Position numbers and translations under genes: made by a program. Below, in pieces: positions 24,273 through 35,020 of a stretch of DNA of 46,445 nucleotides; within the stretch, counting starts at the first letter, position 1; the number at the start of each line of letters is the position of its first letter. The notes beneath the pieces were generated by a model. The model did no database searches. It had not been told where the DNA came from and worked only from the letters and a program-made list of their open reading frames with translations. The DNA comes from Emiliania huxleyi CCMP1516 (Eukaryota). The DNA is taken from the NCBI RefSeq assembly GCF_000372725.1, contig NW_005201183.1, forward strand, positions 319,428 through 365,872. The letters are read 5' to 3'.

Positions 24273-25845
24273 CACCGCCGAAGAAGTCAGTGTCCCGTGC
24301 GTGGAACGGCGGGGGCTGGTCTGCACGCATGGCGATCGGGTCGGAGCCCTCGCGCAGCTCGGCGGCGGAGCGGCGGAGCGAGTAGTCTGCGAGAGGGTCT
24401 ACGCGTACGCTCGCCTGATGCGGCGGCGGGAGAGGGGGGGAGGGGGGAGGGGGGGGGGGAGTGGCGGGGGCGAGGGGAGGCGGGCGGGGGGGCCGCACCG
24501 AGAGGACCCTGGCCACGCTCTAACCTCGACTCCCTCTCTCTCTCCCTCTCCCTCTCCCTCTCCCTCTCCCTCTCTTCTCGCTCCACCGCGGCCGTACGTC
24601 GGCTAAATCTCGGCTACTCTCGCACCGACAGGACGGGCACCACGCGAGACGTGTCCCCCGGTGCGCGCGGGCCGGGAGGAGGCGCTAGGCCTGCGCGCGA
24701 GCCGGGAGGGGCTGAGGCACTGCCTGCTGACGGGCGGGGCGGGGGGGCGAGAGTGCGCGCTGCCCGCGGCGTCGAGCGACATCACCAGCCTCGCGGTGAT
24801 CCGGTTGACAGACAGGCCGAGGTGTGCAGTCAGCTGTCGGAGCTCGTCCGGCCTACTCACGCGGGGCGGGCAATCAAAGCAGCCGACAAGGCCGGGGGCG
24901 CCTCGCGCGAGGCTTCGGCGCCGGCTCGCGTAGTACTCCTCGAACTCGCCCCAGCAGATGAGCCCGTCGCCTACCTCCTCGAGCCGTGGCCGGCTCAGTG
25001 CCGGCGGTTGCCGCGACCCGGTGTCGGAGCAGAAAAGAAGAATTCGCCGTCCGCGTCGAGCCTGCGGATCGTCGCCTCCACGACCGCCTCCACACACTCG
25101 GCCGGGACGCCGCACGCGTGGTGCAGCAGCACGTGGAGCTCGTCCGGCGTGACGTGCCCAGAGCCTACCCGTCTCAGGAGCTCACAGTCAACAGTCGGCG
25201 ACGTGTCAGCCCGCCCGGCGCGGTGTGAGCCGAGCCGTCGAGGTCGCACGCGTCGAAGAGGAAGCGGAGGCGGTCGCGCCGCGTCGCGTCCGCCGCCACC
25301 ACCGGCGCCAGCCCCGCCGCGAAGCTTTCAAACCCGACGCCGCCTTCGCCCTCCTCCTCGCCGGCGCGGCGCGAGTCCGCCGCGAGCATCGCATAGATGC
25401 GGTGGATGAGGGCGGAGTTCTGCGGAGTCGCAAAGGCGCTGATGAACTCGGCGCGCGAGATAATCACCTCGCTCTGCGACTCACGCTCCCGCTCCTTCTC
25501 CGCCGCCGCCGCGGCCTCGCTGTCCGCCGGCAGCGCGGGCGGACCCGCAAACAGGAGAGCGCACCCGCAGCGGGCCGCGAGGAGGGAGAAGAGGGTGTGC
25601 AGGTCGGCGCGCTCGGCGGTCGTCAGTGAGCACGAGAGGGCGAGGCTGCGCCGCCCCTCCCTGCCCTGAGACGCCTCGGAGAGCGCTGACGAGAGCCTCA
25701 CCGCGTCGAACCCCTTCTTGGAGCGCTCAGCCGCGATGGCGGCAGTGTCGGTGGAACGGCGTGTCGGCGCCTGCGATGCGCTCTCGTTGTCCGTCGAGTC
25801 GTCGCCACTGGTCTGCCGCGGTGGCAGCTTGAGGTCAGTGAACAT
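24273..25845 (-). CDS. Calcineurin B-like EF-hand protein, copy 2
   Basis: Same exons as copy 1; the downstream sequence (below 24232) differs. Confidence 0.75.
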
Positions 25846-26435
25846 TGCTGCGGCTGCTGTTGCCTGCGGTCGAAAGGGGCAGGTCCTTGCGGGGAGACGC
25901 TCTCGCGGCGTTCGCACAGGTCGATGACACGTCCATGACACGTCCAGAGGGGGGGAGCAGGGGCGAGGTGAGAGAGCGGCCAGTTTTATTCTTTTTTTTG
26001 CGTAGCCTTCATTCTTTTTTATTCTTTTTCCAATCGCCTTCATCACCTTCGTACCTTTATACATATCACCTCAGTAGGTACCTTCGCACGCTACATTCCA
26101 GACAGTGACGACAAGCTAGATCGACAACCCCGACATCACACACTCGGGCAGGCCTGCAAGAAGTCGAGCGAGAGAGAGAGAGAGAGACTCTTTCACGCTG
26201 ACATCCACCGCGCACCGGCACACTCCTGCGTCCGGGCCCAGCCAGACCCTTTCTTGCTTTGCTTCCGCCCCCACAGCGCCTTGCACCGCTCTTCCGCCCG
26301 TTTGCAGCTTGTGTCCAGCTGTCCACTCAGCTTCCCTTTTCGATCCGCCACGCGTGCCTTTCGACTGGCTTCTTGCGTCCCCAGTGCTCAGATCGCGAGC
26401 ACGGGAGCGCAACGACTCCTTCTTGCTCCGACTCT

Positions 26436-28049
26436 TCACCACAGCGACCAGAGGCCTGCTGCCGCAGAGCCGTACGTTGCGCTGATCATCCCTCCAAGCA
26501 GCCCGCCTGGTAGAGCGCCGATCCCGCCCGCAAAGGAGCCGGTGACGGCGCCCCAGGTGCCGCCAATGACTGCCCCGCTGATATCCGCCTTGATTACCGA
26601 CTTCGCGTCCTCGCTGATTCGTACCGCCGGCTTGAACCAGAAGGCTCGCGAGCTGATCGCAACGTCGACGATCATCTCGGCAAAGGCGCGCGTGAATTCG
26701 TCTCTTGTCCAGGCCTGCTTCAGGGCCCCCGCGCCTTGGAGGAATTTCGCGGACTCAATTGTAGTGCTGACGTCCACAAAGTTCACGAGGGTGTCCTTCA
26801 TCCTCGCACTGATTGACAGCTGTTTGACGAGTTGTTCGAACGCGCCGTCCAACTTTGAGCTCAGGCTGTACCTGGCGCGAGGAGAGAAGGTGACGTTCGC
26901 GCCGGCAATGATGTCGTCGTAGGTCTTCCCCTCGATGTTTAGCTTCCGGACAACCTCTGCCCGAAACAGCATCATGCTGGACGCGACATCTCCCCTGTCG
27001 TCTCGGCGGTACATGGTGTATGCGAACTCCATCATCAGGTCATGGAGCTCGCCGGGGCATACGTCGAAGACGCACGGCAGCGGAGGAGGCGGAGGGGCCT
27101 GCATCCTCGACCCAAGCTCTAGCGCAAGCCTCGTCTTCAGAGCCGCCGCCTCAGCGCTGGCCTCTGCCGCCTGCGCCTGCGCCTCCGCCGCCTCCTGTTC
27201 CTTCCGCGCAATCTCCATCTCGATTGCGGCCGTGCCCGCGATGGTCGAGCGGATTCTCTCCAGCTCGTCTGAAAATTGCCTCAGCACCGATTGGACGTAG
27301 TCGAGGGGCGGATAGGGCGGGCGCGCGGGCGGGTAGGGCACGGACGCAGACATCTGCTCAGCGTCGCTTGGCGACCGGATGACTGGTGACGGCGGTGGCG
27401 GTGGTGACGGAGAGCGGTATAAATCTTGGGTTGCTGACGGAGGAGGAAGGGGCGGGGTGCGCCCAAGGCACGGGCGAGACGAGTAGAGCGGATAACTGTC
27501 GTACAGGCAGCCTTTGCCCGAACAGGTTGTCTGATTGCAGAGAGTGAACGGCACTCCTTCTTCATTCCTCCCAATCTCTGCACAAGCGGCGACCGCCTCA
27601 GCGTACGTGCGCTTGGTGATTGGCTCTGCAGGTGGCTTGCCGGATGTGCAGGAGCGGCCCCTGTTGTAAACGCGCACGCAAGCGCCACTTCCGGCTACGT
27701 TGGGCTTGCAGCATTGTGTGACAATCCGGCGCAGTACCCTGCCCAGAGACGGATCTGTGATCTCTGCCCTCACGGTGTCTTCGTCTTGTCCTTCGACCAG
27801 GCAGGAGAGCTGGCCACCAGTCTTCGCATTGATGACCTGAACGCCGGCGCTTGGGATTCGAACCCTAGGCTGAGCCAGCGCGTGGAGTAGGAGAGGCAGG
27901 CATGCCATCAGGGGCGCAAAGGCTGTGCTTGCAAGTTGCCTGAAGGCCAACGGGAGGACGGCCGATTTTAGTTGAGACGCGTCCCACCATTTGCGTCGTA
28001 ATCGATTTGCCGCGTCTCCTCGATATGTTGCCGCGTCTTCGTGGAGCAT
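26436..28049 (-). CDS. Secreted glycine-zipper protein, copy 2
   Basis: Translation identical to 11109-12722; alternative start at 27908. Confidence 0.85.
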   Translation of the reverse strand: MLHEDAATYRGDAANRLRRKWWDASQLKSAVLPLAFRQLASTAFAPLMACLPLLLHALAQPRVRIPSAGVQVINAKTGGQLSCLVEGQDEDTVRAEITDPSLGRVLRRIVTQCCKPNVAGSGACVRVYNRGRSCTSGKPPAEPITKRTYAEAVAACAEIGRNEEGVPFTLCNQTTCSGKGCLYDSYPLYSSRPCLGRTPPLPPPSATQDLYRSPSPPPPPSPVIRSPSDAEQMSASVPYPPARPPYPPLDYVQSVLRQFSDELERIRSTIAGTAAIEMEIARKEQEAAEAQAQAAEASAEAAALKTRLALELGSRMQAPPPPPLPCVFDVCPGELHDLMMEFAYTMYRRDDRGDVASSMMLFRAEVVRKLNIEGKTYDDIIAGANVTFSPRARYSLSSKLDGAFEQLVKQLSISARMKDTLVNFVDVSTTIESAKFLQGAGALKQAWTRDEFTRAFAEMIVDVAISSRAFWFKPAVRISEDAKSVIKADISGAVIGGTWGAVTGSFAGGIGALPGGLLGGMISATYGSAAAGLWSLW

Positions 28050-28186
28050 TTCAGTGTACGTACGTTTCTCTCTCTCAGTGTAGTGTATGTACTTTTAGCT
28101 TACTGGGAGAGAAGGGAGAGAGAGGGGGTTGTTTGTGTTCTCTATCTATCTAGGCCCCGACACTCTAAGGGCCCTACGCTCTCTCA

Positions 28187-28980
28187 GTGTACGTGGCTCT
28201 TACGAACAAAGGTGCACTGCTCACAGGGTTTGCGATGAGGAGCGACGCCGAAGGAACGATTCTTCTCGGGTAAGTAAGCGCACCAACCACTCTCTAACAC
28301 TAGCCGCCGAACGCAAGCGCACTACGACTGTCGACGATCGGTTCATACTAGCACCTCACCTCGCGGGCCGATCTTCAGTGGGGCTCTTACAAACTTACCC
28401 GAAGGTTCGAACGAAGACTGCCGACAGAGGTTGCGGGCGGTTGGGGAGCGACAACTAATTAATACCCCGGTCAAGCACCCACAACTGCGTGCGTGAGTGA
28501 GTGTGCCGGTCTGCTGGCTCATCTTCGCGTACCACCTTCGCACGTACTTTTAGCTTAGTGGGTGACTCACTCTCACTCAGTTATGTGTGTGGCGCTTCAT
28601 TCTCATACGGATACGCACGCCTGAGCATCCTCGATCGATCGCCGTGCAAAACTCTCGTCTCTCGAGAAGAATTTAGGAAAATCAACTCTCTCTCACAGCA
28701 GACAGGAGACAGGCTCGACACAGGTGCGGACTGGCACTCTCGAGAAGAATAAAAGCGCTGCCAAATAAAGAGAGGAACTACAGTACGCGGTAGTGATCTA
28801 AACACCCGAATACCACGTTCGGATCGCTCCTCATCGGCAAACCCTGTCAGCAGTTCACCCTACGGGTATGTTCGTAATAGCTACATACACCGGAAAATTG
28901 TGGGCCCCATTTCCGGTCCTTTTGTTTGTTTGGCTTCAATGGACAATGCAGCACTGCGTGGGAGTCCATCCCTTTGGCAT
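28187..28980. pseudogene. Three degenerate fragments of one coding motif (possible SET-domain C-terminus)
   Basis: +28187 VYVALTNKGALLTGF; +28370 PIFSGALTNLPEG; minus strand ~28980-28795 PKGWTPTQC...PVYVAITNIPVG/ELLTGF, with a stop and a frameshift. Confidence 0.35.
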
Positions 28981-29129
28981 ACTCAACGAAGACACGCGCG
29001 TACGATTGGAGGGCCTGGTCTCTGAGCAACGCCTCAACGGCACCCCGGGCCCCCCACTTTTGGCCATGTCGAAGAGTCGAACACGTACGCTGCTTTGAGA
29101 CCTCGCTGCACCGGGCCCGCTACTGCGTA

Positions 29130-29683
29130 AAAGGGCGTGGACCGTGAGTTGAGGAAATCGGAGGACGCGACCCACTTCGCCACAGACGGTCCCGCGCCTC
29201 GCCGCTATGACCGCTGCACGGCCCGTACCGTCCGCTGTGCAGCGGTCTTTGTCCGGAGTGAAAAGTCCAACGCGCTCGTCGGTGACGGTGTCCTCCGATT
29301 TCGCCGCGCTCGGCGAACCTCGACAGCGCCTTCGATGGCATGCAGCTCTTTGCGTCAGAAGCCTGGAGAGCAGCTCCTCGGCTGCTCACACGCTCTGCAC
29401 AGTTGACACAGTCTACTGTGCGGCTACCACAGCTGTGACAGCGATGGGCTCGCCCTCACTGGCCCTCAGTCACTTGTGCTGCGGCTTGTGTGAGCGACAC
29501 TGCTCGGCGACTGCCGGCACACTGTGAGACCATGGGTGTGAGGTAAAACCACGCTACCAGCGCTTGGTCACATCGGCCCCGAGGTCAGATCCTTTTACTC
29601 TGTTAGTGACAAGACTTGTCTACCGGCTGGAGCCGAGCAGGAGGACCCGGCGCACAACCCCTGGTCAACTCACGGTCACCCCG
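29130..29683. mobile_element. Tc1/mariner-type MITE, copy 2
   Basis: Homologous to 5450-6008. TIR core GACCGTGAGTTGA (29140-29152) / TCAACTCACGGTC (29665-29677); TA at 29128-29 and 29684-85. Confidence 0.75.
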
Positions 29684-30073
29684 TACTGGGTCAGGCTCGC
29701 TGACAGTCCAAGGCGACTCTCCGTGCTTAAAGAATGTTTGTTACACCGGCAAAGGTGAGACTTTGTGGGAACCGCCACGTGTAGTAACATCGAGCTCACA
29801 CTGAAAACACTGAGTTGACGATTTGCCGCTGCCTAAGGGTGGCGCCTTTAAGCGGGCCTTTGGCGAGGTGGCAGGCATCACAGGAGAGCCGAGGCTGAGG
29901 GTAAAGTTTCGCGCTTGCGATTTCCCTGTCGTTTCGTATACATTTATCTGTTGGCACCGCCCTCTGCGAATGCCAGATGCCGAGATGACCGAGGATACAG
30001 ATGGCACCGAGAGGGTCGTGGACCGAGAGGCAATTGAGTCAGCAGCAGGTGTCTGCGTGATCTCAGAAGCGAC

Positions 30074-31388
30074 TCACCCCTCTGGGGGAAACAGCCCTCC
30101 CCGCAGCCTCGCCGCCCCGCGCTGCAGCGGCACCGCTCTCCGCGTCAGCCGCGGCGGCGGCGGCTCCGGCCGCAGCCTGCGCCACAAGTCGGCGTCGCGC
30201 TGCAGCACGCCCGCCTCCGGCGCGGGCGGAGCGCCGAGCGACGGCCACGCGGTGGAGGCGAAGGCCTCGAGAGCGGAGAGGGACCACTCCTCGCTGTGCG
30301 CCTACGAGTAAAGACCGTCTTCTTAACAGGTGGTGGTTAGCGGAGAGGCGCCACTGCTCGCTGTGCGCCGCGATGAGCCCATCCTCCGCAAGCTCGTACC
30401 GCGTCGCGCCGAGGTACGGCTTGATCCGCGGGCGCCTGGGAGGAGGGAGGGAGAGGGGGTGGGAGGGGGTGGGAGGGGGTGGGAGGGAGAGGGAGGGAGA
30501 GGGAGGGGGAGGGGAGGGGAGGGTCGTGGGCCGAGAGAAGATGCGCGAGAGGGGCCCAATCAAACACACGCACACGCACGCACGCACACGTCCCCCCCTC
30601 CTCCCCACCTCCTCTGCCTCCCCTCCCCTCCCCGGGCCCCCGCGACGCGGTGCGTGCTGGCCCCGTACCATGGCAGCTTGAGCGCGCCAGAGAGGCGCCA
30701 CCGGGCAACAAAGGAGCGGTCGCACACACGCTCGAGCTCGATGAGCTCGATCGCCGAGAGGGACGGGTCGAACAGCCCCCGAAGCGCGTCCGTGTACCTG
30801 CCGCGCACACACACGCACACCGCCCTCAGCAGGACAGCCCCGAGAGCAAGAGCCGAGGGCGGGCATCCGTTGTGTGGCGCGGCAAGCGGCGCCGCGCCTG
30901 CCGAGCGACTTGACGGGCATGTCCGGGTCGGGCGCGTCGAAGTAGCAGCCGTCCGAGTAGACGGCCTGCGTCAGCCGCCCCGTCACGTAGTACCCGCGCG
31001 CCTCGATGTCTTCACGCACCACCGCCATCACCTCCTCCACCGACAGCCCACGCGTCTTCTCGCCCATCGGCCGCACGGGAAGCGCGAGCGGGGCGAAGAG
31101 CGAGGCGTCGGAGCCGGGAAGCCACTGCCGGTCGAGGATGCTCTTGTGGCGCGCCGCGACAAAGTTGGCGACCGCGAGCGCCGCCTCGAGCGCATCATAG
31201 GCGCGGGTCCTCCAAAACGGGCAGCGAATCTCGCCAGACTGCTGGCTGAGGCGGCCGAGCGAGGAGCCCGGGCTGACGGTCCGCGGCGACGAGGCGGAAT
31301 CGGACGATAGGACTAGCGCCGGAGCCGCAACTCGGGCCGCGGAAGCTGCGCCTGCGGCGGGGCAGACAAATGACAGCTCGACCCGCAT
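30074..31388 (-). CDS. DUF2358 / SnoaL-NTF2-like protein (multi-exon)
   Basis: RCPFWR...ARHKS...REDIEARGYYVTGRLTQAVYSDGCYFDAPDPDMPV / RYTDALRGLFDP...ARWRLSGALKLPW / RPRIKPYLGATRYEL.EDGLIAAH / EEWSLSALEAF. 3' end uncertain. Confidence 0.85.
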
Positions 31389-31702
31389 TTCCGTGAAAAA
31401 AAAAAGTGGGCACATGCTGCACGCCCCTGGGAGCGGGGCGGGGTGCGCACTGTGCCTCTGTGTTCGTGCGTCGCCCATCTCTCCTGGAGATGACTGCTCT
31501 ATTTATTGATACCCCCATTCCGATAAACGAAAGAAGAAAAAAGTGGCGAGATCGCGCGGCGCGGCCCGAGGCGAGGTGGATGGGTTGGGAGCGAGGGAGC
31601 GGAAGTGATCAGTGCGGTAGAGGATATCAGGAGAGAAGTCTTGTTGGCTTCTAAAAACTCTCTCTCAGGGTCAGCTCGGGGCGCAAGACCAAGACGCAAG
31701 AG

Positions 31703-32897
31703 TAGGGTGCCCACAGGGCCCAACAAAACAAAAACAGAGGCGTGAACCGCGCCATTCGCTCTCACCTGGCAACCCTGTCTGCACGTCTCGCGCGCGCGTG
31801 AACAGGGCTCCAGGCCCCAAATGACGTGTGAGTGTTAGAGTTGTTTGGTATTGCTAAAAATCTCTCTCTCAGGGCCCAAAAAAAGAAAGGAAAAAAGAAA
31901 TGGGCGACCCCCGATCGCAGCACTTCGTGTTGGCCAGTCGAGAAATTGAGAGTGTGACTAGGAGGGTGGGACGCTGGGGATTCTCAAAGGTATACCCTTG
32001 GAATGGCCGGATCCAGCCTTAAAAATACGAGATCGCGCGCGCTTCGCGCGCTGCACCGCCTATTCTCCGCGGCTGTGTGACGACGCGTGCCGTGTGCCAG
32101 CACAGTTGGGCGCGCGCGGCGCGACGGCGCCCGCGAGGGAAGGCGCGGGTGCAGCGGCCGCCGGCGGCCGTACCGCCCGCCAGCCGGCGCAGCAGCGGCC
32201 AGCGCAGCGGCCGCCGGCGCAGCAGCCAGATCAGCCGGTGCGCGCCTTGCGAGGCGAGTACTGCCGCCCGGCAGCCTTGAGGCGGCCGGGCGGCAGTACT
32301 CGTTCGAACTTTGCGAGCCGTGCGCGCGCCGAGGCGCCCGCGGCGCGCGCCCGCCCGGCTGCCAGTAGGAGGCGGCGCAATATGGCCTATAGTACAGCCC
32401 TTGAGGAGGAGGAAGAGGCTGGCTGGCAGTGCTGTATGCCGCCGAGGGGCAGTTTTGGGGTGCTGTCACGGGCCCAGGGGGCTGCAGAAGGCGTCCGCAG
32501 CCGGGACAACCCGCCCCCCCAGCCGAGGCCGGTCGAAGCCCACTTGACCACAGCCATGAGGAGTCCTCTTGGTGCTCCTGGCGGCCGTTGGAATGGCGAG
32601 CGCGCGCCGATGGGGGGGGGGGGGTCTTGCTTGCTCCACACCGAGCGCCATCGGTCCGGACCGGCGTGGTCACCGAGGGGTGGCCTGCACAAGGTCTGAG
32701 CCGCGGGCGCTCGGCGCCAAGTGCAGTGTCACGCTCGCGCTCGCGCGTGACAAACCGGGGAACCCTCGTTTCCTAGTCACTCGGTCCCCCAACGGAAGAG
32801 GCCTCGCTCCTATTGGAACTGGCCAACATCAGATTTGCCTCGTGCGTCCCTTTTTGAGGCCGAAAGCTATTTTCTTTTGGGTCCTGTGGGCACCCTA
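31703..32897. mobile_element. 1.2-kb non-autonomous TIR element with 7-bp TSD
   Basis: TIR TAGGGTGCCCACAGG(G/A)CCCAA at both ends; perfect direct repeat GCAAGAG at 31696-31702 and 32898-32904. Confidence 0.85.
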
Positions 32898-33365
32898 GCA
32901 AGAGGTGGCCTGCGAGCCATCCGGCTTACATTTACCCTGCGTTCTCGCACATGGAGTGCGAGCTGCGAGGTACTCGACTGTTGCCGTCCCAAACTGTCAC
33001 TCCCCTCTTTAACTTTATGGTCTCCCGGCCGGGGTGTCGGGTGGGGGCGGCGGGTGTGCGGGATGTCTGTGGGCCCGAGAGCGATATGCCATGTCCGCCT
33101 TGCTTTGTTTCCTAACATCGACAAGGCTAGCTCAAAAAAAGTGATGGAATTTACAAAATATCTGATATCTCCCCTCTCATGCAAACACGCCCACACGAGT
33201 GTCCTCCCTCCCCACCGCATGCCACCCCGTCTCGTGGTCCTGCCTCCACTCGCGCTCAGACCCCTGAGTACGCCCTAGGGGCGGCGCCCTGCAGGCGCCA
33301 GTGCTCCGCCTGCATACGGTCTCCTCCGCTGGGCGGCCCGGACCTGGCCCCGCGCCCCACGCGCC

Positions 33366-34007
33366 CTACCTGTACATCTCCTCCTCGAGCCGCAGCAAAA
33401 TGGCCTCGAGCTCTGCCCCCGCCTCGGCGGCGGCGGCCTCCGCCTCCTGCTGCGCCTTGGCCATCGCCGCGTACTTGGTGTAGGCCTGGTCCAGCGCGCC
33501 CAGCGTCGCGGCCTCCTCTATCGCCCGCTCGCGCGCACCCGCCTTGCGTCGCGTCAGCTCCTCGGCGTCAATATCGTCGGCGCAAAAGAGAGCGAGGTCC
33601 GGCTGGACGATCTCGGCGGTGCGCTGCTCCACCGCCATCGAGTGCGCCGACCGCGCCGTCTCCACCCGCTCCTCGAGGCTGCCCTTCACGGGCGGCCAGC
33701 CTCCGAGCGTGACAGCGCCCTTGCCCTCGCCCGGCCTGGCCTTCTTCTTGAAGGCCTCTTCGTTGTGAGCGGTGTGCGGCATGCCCATGAACGGACTCAG
33801 CCCGAGCGGCTGCGCCGGGTCGAAGGCCGTGCCGGTCGGCAGCTCGGGGCGCAGCGACGGGTCGACCAGGTTGTTTTTCGGGTCGAGCTTATCGGCGTTC
33901 GGCTCGCCCTTGGCGTTCATCCAGCAGGTCGCCGGCACGCGACTGGACGGAGCACGAGCGACGGGCCCAATGTGAAAACTGGAGCATAGAACGAAGGTCG
34001 CCAGCAT
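33366..34007 (-). CDS. Hypothetical, probably plastid-targeted coiled-coil protein
   Basis: 213-aa ORF with leader MLATFVLCSS-F..., and a helical A/E-rich C-terminus. A short extra 3' exon is possible. Confidence 0.75.
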   Translation of the reverse strand: MLATFVLCSSFHIGPVARAPSSRVPATCWMNAKGEPNADKLDPKNNLVDPSLRPELPTGTAFDPAQPLGLSPFMGMPHTAHNEEAFKKKARPGEGKGAVTLGGWPPVKGSLEERVETARSAHSMAVEQRTAEIVQPDLALFCADDIDAEELTRRKAGARERAIEEAATLGALDQAYTKYAAMAKAQQEAEAAAAEAGAELEAILLRLEEEMYR

Positions 34008-34477
34008 CGGTCAGCGAGCGGTTAGAGTGCAGAGCCTGATGGCAGATATCTGCTGAGTCGAAGGAAAGTTGAGCAAAAAGAATTTTCTCCGTTATTTCTT
34101 TGCGTGCCGTTCTCCCGACCCTCCCTTGAATTTCTCGCTGCTTTCTTTCTTTCTTTTCCTGGCTCACAAGCTAGTTCAAAGGAAAGAATTAGGCAGCCGG
34201 AGTTCTTTCTTTGTTCTCAGTCCTGTCAGGACCTAGTGTTGTGCGAGGGAGTGGCCTCGTGCACTTCGAGCACTTGGAGTGCAGTCGCGAGTCGGTAACC
34301 TCACACCCGGAGGTTGGAATTCTTGTTCTCTGTTACAGGTTTAGCCGGCTGGGGGACGCTCCTCCTTCCTCTGCCTCGACGAGCGTGCAGCGTGTGTGGA
34401 GCGCGTCCGCCTGAAATTCCCCTTGATTCGACGAAGTTCTGCCTGCTGGCCACCGGTCTATCACCCCTGGATACCTC

Positions 34478-35020
34478 ATGCTTCGACTCTCCTTGGCCAT
34501 CGCATCAGTTGCCGCCGCCAATGCCGGCCCTTCCAGTCCGCCAGTTTTACCCCCACAGCTTTCACCTGGATCGCCAGCAGCACCCCCACAGCTTTCGCCT
34601 GGAGCAGTCGTCGCTTCGGCGCCGTCCGGCTGCAGGGTGTACGCACGAGACCGGATCTACTATTCCAGTCTGCTCGCCACCGTTCAAGACCGAAAGGTGT
34701 ACGAGAAGGGCAAGGTGTACTACGCCGGCCTGCTCGCGACCGTCGTGGTGAGCGAAGGGATGTGGAAGGTGTATCGACGAGACCGTACTTACTACGCGGC
34801 TCTGATGGCCACAGTAAAGAGCGGCAAGGTGTACGCGGGAGACCGAGTCTACTATTCGAACCTGCTTGCCACCGTCCGAGACAACAAGGTGTTCGAGAGG
34901 GACAGAACCCACTATGCCGGCCTTCTTTTCACGGGGGTAGGATGTTCCGCCGATGAGCTCGGAGCTACAGCCGCGGCTCTTTGCGCCGACGACGATGATG
35001 GGCTTTGCCGTCGGTCTTGA
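34478..35020 (+). CDS. Secreted protein with five ~20-aa repeats (beta-flower-like)
   Basis: Signal peptide, Pro linker, 5x KVYxxDRxYYxxLLATV, then a short hydrophobic helix. No introns. Confidence 0.85.
   Translation: MLRLSLAIASVAAANAGPSSPPVLPPQLSPGSPAAPPQLSPGAVVASAPSGCRVYARDRIYYSSLLATVQDRKVYEKGKVYYAGLLATVVVSEGMWKVYRRDRTYYAALMATVKSGKVYAGDRVYYSNLLATVRDNKVFERDRTHYAGLLFTGVGCSADELGATAAALCADDDDGLCRRS

Larger units (their letters stand above)
24232..28296. repeat. ~4 kb direct segmental duplication, copy 2
   Basis: Matches 8968-12970 with scattered SNPs and a ~67-bp longer segment at ~25860-25950. Confidence 0.95.

Noticed and set aside
28805..28850. Hammerhead-ribozyme-like core on the minus strand (CCGATGA-GGA-GCGA-TCC-GAAC)
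   Set aside because: Deviates from CUGANGA/GAAA, no stems I/III or cleavage triplet were found, and the sister copies do not keep stem II. A coding relic explains it better.
34268..34284. 17-nt match (GAGCACTTGGAGTGCAG) to the spacer of the fold-back element (~45587)
   Set aside because: A single short match with no flanking similarity; chance cannot be excluded.
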